54,984 nt of DNA, taken from Chromera velia. Its lineage: Eukaryota. This document shows, piece after piece, positions 26,804 to 38,246 of this stretch. Positions within the stretch are counted from its first letter, which is position 1. Each line of letters begins with the position of its first letter. The stretch is from NCBI GenBank assembly GCA_018398765.1, contig JAHBMJ010000182.1, positions 1-54,984 of the forward strand, given 5' to 3'. The position numbers were made by a program, and so were the translations under genes. The notes beneath the pieces were generated by a model that saw only the letters and a program-made list of their open reading frames with translations, was not told where the DNA came from and did not search any database.

Positions 26804-29163
26804 CGTGTGTCTGTGCGTGCGTTTTTCTCTTTGAGACTGTGGCACCTCCCGCCTTTCCCGTTGCGCCTGTGATTCAGTGGTTCCGCAGTAAAACACAATC
26901 TGTTGTGAAGCTTTTCAGTCTTGCAGGTGTTCTGTAGTTCTTTCTTCCCTCTGCTCTGATAGCTTTCTGCGGTGTGGATTCCCCTCTCCTCCTCTCAGCA
27001 GGCAGAGTGTTGCTCGATCGATTGTCTTCTGCTGCTGCAGGATTTTTCTGACAATTTCACAAGGTTCATCCTTCTCTCAAGGGAACCATTGAGGCCTCCC
27101 GCCAAGATCTTCGCACCTCCATCGCTGTCTGTTTCCACCATGGACGCAGCCGGAGGGAGGAAGTGTGAGGTTTCCCTGAAGACCTCAATCGTTCTTCTGG
27201 TTTCCCACCAGGCGGGGGCCCTCTTCAAAACTCTGGCTGCACTCGCTCTTCGAGATCTCTCCCTGACCAAAATTGAGTCGAGACCCGTACCCGCACCCCT
27301 ACTGCACAGCATAGGCCTCCACCGGAAATCCACTGAAGGCTCCGATGGGTCCAGTCCCGGCCCCGCACGGCAGATTTCCCTCGGGGGGGATAGCCAGTGC
27401 CCCCCTGGGTCGGGGTCAGGCACGCCCTTCACGTATATGTTCCCCATGGACGTCCTTGCAGACGCGGGGGACCCAAACTTTCAGTGCGCGCTGTCGAACC
27501 TCCGTGAGATTTCGCCCCTTGTGCGGGTTCTCGGGACCTTTGCCTTCCATGAAGACAGTAGCTCGGCACCTGGCTCAGCTGCGGTCAGTCGTTCTGTCAC
27601 GAGCAAACGAAAGAAGAGGATCGGAGAAGTGTAGGCACTCGGGGGCCATGCAAATTAATTGATGATCTGCCCTTCGGCTCGCCTTCATCAGTTTTCGCAA
27701 GAAGAAAGGAACAAATGCGCCTCACACGTGCCACCGGGAGTCCTTCGTTGAGTGAGTAAGTGAGTGAGTGAGTGAGTGAGAGCCTGCGTGGAAGGATCGG
27801 CGTGTGCTTTCCGCCCTCCGGTTTTCATGGTAGTTTTTGTCTTTCCATTGTTCTCCTTCTGAATGAATTTTCAGGCGTCAGAGGCTGGAGGGCCGACCTC
27901 CGTTGGTGTGGAGGCGACGCGCGTGATGCTTCGGCTGCGTCACCCGGGGGTGTACACGGGGGGGGACGGGGGGACTAGTGGAGCTGCGACCCCTCTTCCA
28001 GGATCACCGACAGGGAAGGGAGGGGGGGGAAAGGGTACCGTCAGTTCGGAGGCAGCATCTCAGGTGGTGGTGGTGGGGAAGAAGGGGAATCCTCTGCGAG
28101 TTGGAATTGTTGGGTTTGGAAATTTCGGAAAATTTTTGGCTGAGAAATTCGTTTCCCTGGGTGCTCGGGTGTGGTCAACAAGCAGAAGCGCGAAGGGGAA
28201 CAGGGAGGCTGCGATTCGGCTTGGGTGCGTTGATTTTTTTCCTGAAATGAACATCCGGAGGCTGATCGAGGAAGCAAAGGTGAACGTGCTTGTGCTCTGT
28301 ATGAGCATCATGAGCTTTGAGCAGAGCGTAAAGCAAATGATGGAGGACAAGGGCATCCTGCAGGCGCTGGAAACAGGAAAGATTCTTGTCACAGAAGTAC
28401 TCTCGGTCAAAGAGTGGCCCAAAAAGGTTTTGATGAAGTCAGTCAGAGAAGCCCAAGAAAAGTGGCACGAAAGATGGGAGTGTTAGATATACAACAGCCT
28501 TCGATAGTGTATTTGTCTGTCTTTAGATGTCTCAGTCTACCCTTTCGTCTGATTGTTTGCCTTTCCAAATGCCATAGAAGATCAGAGAGAGTAGGGGTCC
28601 AAGGTTTTATCACGGTCCTGAAATTCCCCCACTTCCCATCTGTTCAATGTTCAATTTCTCATTTGACTTTTGTTCGTGTGCCCATTTGTTTGTGTGGGAA
28701 ACCCATCAGTGTGTCTGTCTGTCTAACTTCCATGGGACTGTCGACCCACTCCAAAAGAAGCAGAGACAGGTGTACTTCAATCCGGTGGAAGATGGTCATC
28801 TCCACTCGCCTCTGCTTGGGTGTTGTCGTCTTCCGAATTGTTCGCAGGCTTCTGCCCTCCTCTACTCCGATTGTGTGCACACATCCGATGTTCGGGCCCG
28901 AATCGGGGAGGCATGGGTGGGGGGGACTTCCGTTCGTGTTCGAGGTTGTCAGGAGGCCCGTGGGGGAAACGGCAGGGGACAGAAACGGGGCGTTCGGGGG
29001 GAGCGGGGACCTCTGTCGCCATTTCCTCGAGTTGTTTTCCTCCGCCGGATGCAGGTCGGCTGATGGCAATACTTCTCTTTACAAATAGACTTTGTCTGCA
29101 TCTGCTCTGTGACTCGCTTTTGTCTCGATATTTTAATTGTCGTGGTTGCCCCCAACGCCCCCC

Positions 29164-29232
<69 letters not shown>

Positions 29233-32200
29233 TGTGTGTGGTGTCTCCTGTTGGATCTCGCTCATGTACATTCTGTGTGTCTCGTCTGTATAATCAGCTG
29301 AAGTGCAACAAACAGCAGCCTACCTACGCATGCAACCTTTCTGCCTGTCGTCTCCCTGCAGGATGATCGAAATGTCGGCAGAGCTCCACGACGCCTACGC
29401 GGGAAGGTCACAGTTTGTGACACACCTGACTGGCAGGGTATTGGACAGACAGGTAAGAAGGACACAAATCTGTCTTTGGTCCCGTTCCACTCATTGGCGT
29501 CTTCTTTTTTCTCACCTGCCTTCCTTCCTTCCTTATTTCTCTTTGATTCGATCTGTGTCCTTCCTGTTGTCTGCGTGAGTGAGTGCAGCGGCTGACCCCC
29601 ACTCCGATCGACACGAAAGGGTTCCAGAGCCTTCTTCACCTGGTGGACAACACAGTCAGCGACAGGTGGGTGTGGGGCAGCATTCTTTCGTCGTTTGTAC
29701 TTCAGAATCGGGACGAATCTTGTTGAGATTCTTCCTCTTTTGCGTCTTGCTTGTATCTGCATGCAGCTTCGATCTCTTTTTCGGTCTCTTCCATTTCAAC
29801 GAGTGCGCTCCCGCTCAGCTAGCCCTGTTCAAGGAGGCCTTCGCAGAAATTGCCACGGACATCCGGAAAAGCGCGAAGAGGCTTCGGATGGCAGAGAGAA
29901 AGAGAGACGCACGCCCCATTGAGGACGGGACTCCAGGAGACGGTGTGAAGACTTTGAAGGAGGCGATGGAGCACGACTTTTCTGAAACAACAAAGGCTGT
30001 GGTCGAGTCGGGCACTGTGAAGGTCCACGCGTTGACGAAAAAACTGGCGGCAGAGGGAAGACAAGTCATCTCGATGGCTGTGGGAGAACCCGACTTTCTC
30101 CCGCCCCCACAGGTCATTCTCTCTTCTTCTCTGTGTCTCTTTCTGGTTGTCTCAGTCAATCAATCGATTCTTCAGCAAAGCAAGCAAGCAAGCAATCAGA
30201 CACCCAAATCATCGGCGGTATGTGCTACCTGCACATGCACTTGTCGCACTCGTCTCTTTCTCCTCTCGAGATCTCTCTGGCTGCGCCGCCCTCTCTCTGT
30301 TCGCTAAGGTCCGTGTGGACCTCCTGCCTGCACTTTTTCTCTGATCTGGTCTTCGTTCCTCATCGCAGAGTTGCTTTCAATATGGTCGTTTGTGCTTTGG
30401 TTTCGCAGGTCATGGAGGCAACGAAACGCGCAGTGGATGGCGGAGACGTCCGGTGAGTGAGTGAGTGAGTGAATGAGTGAGGGAATGAGTGAGTGAGGGA
30501 ATGAGTGAGTGAGTGAGTGAGTGAGTGAGCGAGTCAGCCAGTCAGCCAGTCAGCCAGTCAGTGAGTGAATGAATGAGTTTGCGGGTAAGTGAGTGAGCGA
30601 CTGGTCGCTCCGCAGAGTGGGTGAAGCAAGCAGGGAAGAAGGGAAGGAGGAAGGGAAGGTCAGTCCATGGAGGCTTCACGCAAGCATAATAAGTCAAAGT
30701 CAGGACCGACATTCGGCTTTTGGGCTGCAAATTGTATCTGTGCCTTTGTCTTTGTGTTTGCCGCCCTGCTAAGAAGTGGCAAAGGAATATGAAAACACAA
30801 GGAAACGGCAAATTTGATGACCGCCCATTTTTTGTCGCCTTTCTCTTGTTTCTTTTGCAAGGGAGTTTTGTTATTTTTAGGGTTTCATCTGGACCTCAAA
30901 AAGTCTCTTTTGTTTGATTTCATCTTCGTCATTTCGGGTCCTCCACACGCAGGCGGACAGGCAGTCATCTGCTCTCGCACACTTACACATGCACATACAC
31001 GTACTTGAACGCGAATGAGGACTGACGGTTGCTTCTGGGGCAGTGGTACGTAAGGACACCCGCTTAGCAGTTCTGCAAGCACGCATTCGTCTTTCCTCTA
31101 TCCCTGTACCCTTCAACAAACCGGGATTTTCACGCAGGTATGTTGCAAGCAGCGGGACACTGGAGCTTCGAAAGGAGGTCGCCAAGTACCTGAAGTAAGT
31201 ACGTTGACAAGTGATTGAGCGGATGAGTTTGTGACTGAGTGAACGAGTGGTCGGGTGAGTTGGATCGCTCAGCTTTTTGGTTTTACCTCCATGTGCATTT
31301 GTGCTTTTTTGTAGCGGATGAGTTTGTGACTGAGTGAACGAGTGGTCGGGTGAGTTGGATCGCTCAGCTTTTTGGTTTTACCTCCATGTGCATTTGTGCT
31401 ACTCCTCTGTCTTCCCCTTTCTCTTCATCTTCGAGAGCACAGATGACATGCGGAAGAAATCAAGAGAACTTTAGAGTTGGGGAGGGGTTTCGTGGCTCTT
31501 GGTAGTCTATTCATCTCTCTCTCTTGAGGGCCGGTTGGTCACGAGATCTCTGTCTTTCAAGCAACAGATCAATTTTGTTTTCCTCTCTCGGTGGCCCAAG
31601 ATCTTTTTTCAGTTTCCTTCATCCACTCTGTGTTCATTCTTCTGCGTTTTTACCTCCGTTCTGCCCTCCTCTTTATGTGTTCTCCCTCTCCTTCCTTACC
31701 TCTATTGCAGAGAAAAGAAAGGGGTCGAGTACGTTCCCGATGAGGCCAGTGCACTGCTTGTCTCTCTTTGTTTCTTTCTTTCTTTCTTTGGTTCGAAATG
31801 CACGTCCCGTTCTGTCTGCCTGGTGAAGTGGTGTCTCCTATCCTCTTGTTTTCAGTCCTCTGTCTCTTGAATGGCGATGTCAACGATCTGTTTCTTCAGT
31901 CATGCTCGATGGTTGTGCGTGTAATCTCCTCTCAACAAACACATGAAGCCCTCCCTATCTTTGCAGATTGTCGTGAGCAATGGTGCAAAGCAGTGTGTGT
32001 ATCAGGCGGTCCTTGCACTTTGTGGAGAAGGCGAAGAGTAAGCAAAAGGGTGGGCGAGGGATGGAATCGATCAGAGAATGAATGAATGAGTGAGTGGTTG
32101 CACGGAGGTCTGCGTGAAAGGGGAAAGGGCGAGTTCTTTCAACGCTGGCTTCTCATTGGAGTCTTTCTGGCATCGTTTCAAATTGTTTCTTCCCCCCTCT

Positions 32201-32604
32201 TTGCGAAGAGATCACGAAAGCATTTCTCGCGACTTGTCAGTGGTTTTTCTTTTTGGTCTGCTGCTGCTTTTTCATGGTCATTCTGTCCCGACCCCTGTCG
32301 CTTGAAAGGAAAGGGTGATTTTTCAAGGCTTGACTCCCTGCTGCCTTGGGGCCAAGAATCGGAATGTATGGATTGCATGAACTCTTTGAAAACATCTGCC
32401 TCCATGCACATCTCACGCGTGAGCGTTTTGCAGAGTTGTGATCCCCACCCCCTGCTGGACTTCGTATCCTGATATCGTGAAGATGGTGTGTCTGTGAGTT
32501 GGTGGGTGGGTGGGTGGGACGGTTGACTTGGCGCATGGCTGCTCATTTTTGAAGTGTCGGCTGTGAAGCGGTCGAAGTGCAATTGTCAGTTGAGTCTCTG
32601 GTGC

Positions 32605-32635
<31 letters not shown>

Positions 32636-35321
32636 TTGGTTCTTTCTTTCTTTTTTTCTTTTTTTCTTTCTTTCTTTCTTTCTTTCTTTCTTTTGGTTCT
32701 TTCTTTTGGTTCTTTCTTTTGGTTCTTTCTTTCTTTCTTTCTTTCTTTTGGTTCTTTCTTTCTTTCTTTCTTTCTTTCTTTCGTTCCTTCCAACCTTCTC
32801 ATCGTGCTCGCTGCAGTCTGGGGCTACTCCTGTGTTTCTGGAGACTCCTTTGTCCGACGGTTTCACTCTTCGGGCGGCTGCTTTGAGGGAGTGCCTCCTT
32901 TCTCACCCGAAGGCAAAGTGCCTGATTCTCTGCAACCCTTCTAATCCCACGGTCAGTCAGTCAGTCAGTCGGTCTCTTTCGGCCCGTCGGGTGGTCGGCT
33001 TCCAATCTTTCGCAGTACAGAGGGGCAAAAAATTGCTCGGATTCTTCCTTTTTTTCTTCTTTCTTTTTTTTCACTGCATCGTTGTTCCCTCCTCCATTCT
33101 CGCTGCATGCGCTTCTTTGAAGCATCTTAGCAGTTTCCCACGCCCTTCATTCAGGAGCCCCCCTGTGACTTTTCCGCGTCTTGCGTGTTGGCATTCTTGC
33201 TTCGTCTCTGAGTGGCTGCTCCCTCCTTGGAAGGGCGTTTGCATGCACTCATGCAGGGTGCCGTGATTCCTCCTGAGGAGCTGCGTGCCATCGCGGCTGT
33301 GCTCTCAGAGGAGGCCTTCGAAGATCTGTACGTGATCGCAGACGAGATCTATGAGGCTCTCTGCTACGACATCCCTCACCTGTCTTTTGCCTCAATCCCT
33401 GGAATGGTGAGCTCAAACAAAGTGGGCTTATTAGAACAGTCACCACGTTCGCATTAAGCATAGAGCGCTCGTGTATCAAATTTGGGATTCTGCCTTGATG
33501 TTTACCTTCAATTAAGCGAGAGAGTTGAATCTACAGCTGTTGGTTGTTCTCGGAGGGACCGCGTTCCCGTCATTCTCACACACGATCGATCATTCTGGCG
33601 TAATCGTCCCTTCATTTTTTAAAAATAGATTGATTCTTTAATGCATCGAATTTTTCCCCCGCTGGGACGTGGCGGCAGCTGAGTTTAGTTAGCTCTGTGA
33701 GGTCTCCAAAGAGACAGTTCTGAGGGAGGGAGGGAGGGAGGGAGGGAGGGAGGATGGTTTGGGGACTGTGGAGAAAGAGGAGAGGGAGACCGAGGGATCC
33801 CTTCACATCATCTCGATTTCCTTTCTCTATCGTCCCTCTAATCCCTCCTTTTTCCCTTGTTTTCGTTCTCTCTTCCTTCCTTCCTTCCTTCCTTCCTTCT
33901 TTCCTTCCTTCCTTCCTTCCTTCCTTCCTTCCTTTCCCACTGACCAACTCACTGACTCGATCGCTGCAGAGGGAAAGGACTGTGACAATCAACGGATTCT
34001 CCAAGGGCTTTGCCATGACGGGATTCAGACTTGGATACGCTGCTGCAGATCTGCCAGGTCCGTCCGTCCGTCTCTTGGTTGCATGAGCGGTGCATGGATT
34101 GGGACGTCATTCGCGAAGTGTTTACAGACGTTGTTTGGCAGTGCTCTGACAGGAGGATGTCGTTTGAGTCAGCAAGCTCTTGAGTAAGTGAGTCCGTCAT
34201 CAGGAAAGTATCGATCTGCTGTTGGTTTCTTTGTTGCCATGCACACTGACCTTTCTTTCTTCCTCTCTTTCCCCCTTTCCCTCTCGCAGTGGCGAAGCAA
34301 ATGGGGAAACTCCAGGGACAGATCACCAGTTGTGCATCTTCCATCGCACAGGTCGGTCTGTCTGTCTGTCTGTCTGATCGTGTCAGGCAGGTTTCTTTTC
34401 TTCAATGGAATTGAAATTTCACATCCAAAGTCCAAAGAGCGGTCCGGTCCATCCGGTCTCTGAAGTTCTTTCTCTTTGGATTTTTGAAGGGAGGAAGAGG
34501 GCGCCACGCTGACATGAGCATGCACTCAGAAAAATCAATCGACGCACGCAAGGACGCATCGAAATTGGATTTTTGAAGGGAGGAAGAGGGCGCCACGCTG
34601 ACATGAGCATGCACGCAGAAAAATCAATCGACGCACGCAAGGACGCATCGAAATTGGATTTTTGAAGGGAGGAAGAGGGCGCCACGCTGACATGAGCATG
34701 CACGCAGAACAATTGAACGAAGGACACCGATGGCGGAAAAGGACAGAGAGTTTCAGAGGGTGATACACACACACGCCCGCGCGTACAATCTTGTTTGTGC
34801 CCCTCCGCCACCCCGCCACCCCCTTCACTTCATCTATGAGGGCACCTCCCGAGACCGAAGAAATGGAACAAATGTTTCTGACGGGAAGACGAAGAGGACA
34901 GGAAAGAGGAAAAGAGGGAATTCAGTCCAGCCACTAAGGCCCATGCCGCCACGGCCAATCGTTTGCGTTTCCGTTGGTCCCCTTGTGTGCAGGCAGCTGG
35001 AGTGTCTGCTCTCCGTGACGTTCCAGAGAAATGGTTGGAGGATCGGAGGCTGGAGATGCAGGCAAAGAGGGAGAGGCTCCTTCAAGGCCTCAAGGGGGCA
35101 AAAGGGATCGAGACTTACAAACCAGCGGGGGCCTTTTACCTGCTTCCGGATGTGGGGGCTTTGCTAGGCAAATACACTGGCGGAGAGAAGAAAAGGCTGA
35201 TTTCGACAAGGTCGGCCAGTAGGGGTGTGTGTCCATGGAGAGAAGAAGAAAGGAAAAAAAAAAAAAAGAAAGGAGCAGACAGGCAGACAAAGAGACACGA
35301 CGAAGCGCGCACGCGCGCGCG

Positions 35322-35388
<67 letters not shown>

Positions 35389-36564
35389 GGACAGACGGAC
35401 AGACAGACAGACAGAGGACGAAAGAGAGCAGACTTTGGGGGAGCAAGACAAATTGAAGATGAGGGAGAAAGAGCAGAGAAGGGAGGATGGATGAACTTGT
35501 CTGCACCAAATGACCTGCAGGCTCACCAGTGGGCTGACCGGGTGAATGAATGAATTAATGAATGGAGGAATGAATGAGTCTCGTGTAGACGGCTGCAGCA
35601 TTCCCTTCGGTCTCACGTGACTTTATTCTGGCAGGCCTGCATTCTTTGGCAGTTTTTTTTGCTTTCGCTCTATTGCTCCTTTCTCCAGTGCATTGGAAGT
35701 GGAGTGGAGCGCGGCTTTCGTGGTTTTGATCGGTGTTTCTGACAAACACACACACACATACACACACACACAGAGAGAGAGGATGGTGTCTCGCTCGGTA
35801 GCGAGACAAAGTCTTGATGTTCGCTCCTTTTGTTTTCTCTTCTTTTCTTCTTTTGTGCAGTGCGGAGTTCTGCGAAGCCCTCCTCGAAGAAGAGGGCGTC
35901 GCTCTGGTTCCAGGTCTGCAAACCTGTCTGTCCCTTTCTTTCTTTCTTTCTTTCTTTCTTTGTCCACCTGTCTTCTTGCCTGTCTGCCTCAATTTTGTTG
36001 TTCTTCTGTCTGCATATGTGGCTGTGGAACAAAATGGAAAGAAAGAAGTCATACGTGTTGGAGTAACTTTGTGTCTCTGCCTCCGTGTGTCTGTCTGTTT
36101 GACTGTCTATCAGTCTGTTTGACTGACTTTTCCTTTCTCCAACCGGCTTTTCCTCGGCAAATTGCCTCCACGGGTCGTCGGAGGGATTCCCTCGACCCCC
36201 CACACGAGGCCCAACACACCATGCATGCATGGATGCATGCAATGTCCAATCAAGATGAAGCACCAGCAACTACAGCGAATATTGTTCTTGTTGGGTCACC
36301 GACAAAGTGACTCACTCACTCGCTCACTTACTGGGCAGATATTAACTGATCAGTAGAGTGCTGACCAAATGTCTACAAGGCCAATCAACCAAACTAATTA
36401 AAGGAGTATACGATTGACTGAATGTGTGAACTAATGAATTACCGCTTGCAGGAGAAGCCTTTCAGGCTCCTGGAACAATCCGGATCTCGTATGCAACCTC
36501 GACAGAAATCATCGACGCGTGTGCCCAGAAACTGACGGCTTTTGCGTTTCGTTTCTGCTCTTAG
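25447..36564 (+). CDS. Trifunctional prephenate/arogenate dehydratase (PDT+ACT) - arogenate/prephenate dehydrogenase (TyrA) - class-Ib aspartate/prephenate aminotransferase fusion, 21 exons, ~1163 aa
   Basis: Exons 25447-25608, 25970-26130, 26417-26681, 27041-27583, 27875-28437, 28848-29054, 29362-29452, 29589-29665, 29767-30112, 30409-30452, 31138-31194, 31711-31744, 31967-32037, 32434-32485, 32817-32951, 33257-33406, 33970-34057, 34290-34351, 34993-35210, 35861-35913, 36452-36564 total 3492 nt in one frame. PDT motifs: [45 protein letters not shown]. TyrA motifs: [46 protein letters not shown]. Aminotransferase motifs: [40 protein letters not shown]. Confidence 0.9.
30453..30560 (+). repeat. 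(GTGA)n then (GTCAGCCA)n microsatellite starting at the 5' splice site
   Basis: gtgagtgagtgagt... directly follows exon 10 of the fusion gene. Confidence 0.9.
31218..31400. repeat. Intronic tandem duplication, period 95 bp, 2 copies
   Basis: agcggatgagtttgtgactgag...catttgtgct begins at 31218 and again at 31313. Confidence 0.9.
34476..34709. repeat. Intronic minisatellite, period 89 bp, ~2.6 copies
   Basis: ttggatttttgaagggaggaagagggcgccacgctgacatgagcatgcac... begins at 34476, 34565 and 34654. Confidence 0.9.
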
Positions 36565-37014
36565 TCTGTGGGTAGCTGAAAGAAGCGAGCGGTGCTTGTG
36601 CCCACATTGCCAACAAAGATACCCGGAGGTAACAGGATTTCACTGTTTTTCTTTTTTTTTAGATGATAATGGGATTCACACTAGATTGCACACCAGCATC
36701 AAACCAATATTGTCATCCCGCCAGCTGTGTTGCATCTAACCTTGATAATCTTAACAATCTATCATCTGTATAAGCACGGGATCGCTTTGCACGCAATAAT
36801 TTATTCATGCACTTGAATTCAATTAAATCATTTTATGGATCATAATGATGCATGTAATTTATGATATAAAGGTTTGAGAAAGAGCTAGAGAAAGAAAAAC
36901 GTCTAGTATGGAAAACACATTGTCTTAATCAGATATAGATATATACATTCGTCTATTATGGAAAACATATAGTCTGTAGCATTGTTTTAATCAGATATAG
37001 ATACATACATTCTG

Positions 37015-37058
37015 GTGTGTGTGTGTATATATATATATATACACATATACATATATGA

Positions 37059-37132
<74 letters not shown>
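37015..37132. repeat. Compound (GT)/(TA)/(CA) dinucleotide microsatellite
   Basis: Read directly from the sequence. Confidence 0.95.
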
Positions 37133-37133
<1 letters not shown>

Positions 37134-37506
37134 ACAAAGGACACCGACAACTAGACCCATAGTGACAAAACTTTCATTCTATAGTAGATTCTAGACCAGA
37201 ATTTAGACCTAAATTGACCAAAATAAGGAGAAGACAGCAATAAACTAGACAACAAATTTAAGGTTTTTAAATTATGTATCATACATTAAAATTTAAAGAT
37301 GACAGAAAGAGTTTAAAAAAAAATATTTGTCTTGGTTATCAAATGCTAGACATTTAGTTATAAGTCAATGACGATACCAACTAATAATAATAATAATATC
37401 ACAAATAATGATGATAAAAGATTATATTAAAAAAAAATAAAAATAGGCTAGATGATAGCAATACTATAGGGTGTAAATCCAGTTTTTTACTAGGTTTTCT
37501 AGACTA

Positions 37507-37800
37507 TTGCATGCATCTAGTAATGTATTGCATGATGGTCTACAACGGAGGTGATGCTAGGGATGATGATGATGATGATGATGATTAGAACTCATCATGA
37601 TAAAAGGTCATCTAGTGACTAGGTTTGATTTGATTTGATTTGATTTGAGGTTGTTGCATGCATCTAGTAATGTATTGCATGATGGTCTACAACGGAGATG
37701 ATGCTAGGGATGATGATGATGATGATGATGATTAGAACTCATCATGATAAAAGGTCATCTAGTGACTAGGTTTGATTTGATTTGATTTGATTTGAGGTTG
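37507..37800. repeat. 147-bp tandem duplication covering the left junction of the hAT MITE
   Basis: Copies at 37507-37653 and 37654-37800 are near-identical. Each contains flank, the aggtcatc target site and the first ~40 bp of the TIR. Confidence 0.9.
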
Positions 37801-38246
37801 TGCTTAACCTCAAATCAAATCTGCACGTCTGATGGGGCTTGCTCTGACACCCCTATCAAATCTACATCAAATCCATCTCAAATCTGACTTTTAACCTCAA
37901 ACCTCTGCCCTGGGGGGCTCCACCCCCTAGACCCCCCGTTTTAGTTATTACATAGACGATTTTAATATAACAAATAAAAACATATCTTAATAAAATAAAG
38001 TGTTCCATTATTATTATAAAAAAATGCTTCAAAGTTGTTTCAAATCGAATCATTTCTTCAAAGACAGTCAAAAACAAAAAAGTGTGAGTTGTTATTGGTA
38101 AAAACTAGGAGAGCTCGCATGTTAGGGAACTCATGAAGTTTAACCTCAAATCTAACCTCAAATCCGCCTAGATTTGCAAATCTAGAGCCTTAACCTCAAA
38201 TCAAATCAAATCAAATTCAAATCTATCAAATCAAACCTGGTCACTA
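37760..38246. mobile_element. Non-autonomous hAT-superfamily element (MITE), 487 bp
   Basis: Ends tagtgactaggtttgatttga ... tcaaatcaaacctggtcacta form a TIR with 1 mismatch in 21 bp. Perfect 8-bp TSD aggtcatc at 37752-37759 and 38247-38254. Subterminal (TTTGA)n/(TCAAA)n repeats. An 8-bp TSD with YAG termini is typical of hAT elements. Confidence 0.85.

Noticed and set aside
32413..32944. K/E/R-rich and F/L/S-rich ORFs
   Set aside because: Intronic (CTTT)n microsatellite. Only exons 32434-32485 and 32817-32951 are coding.
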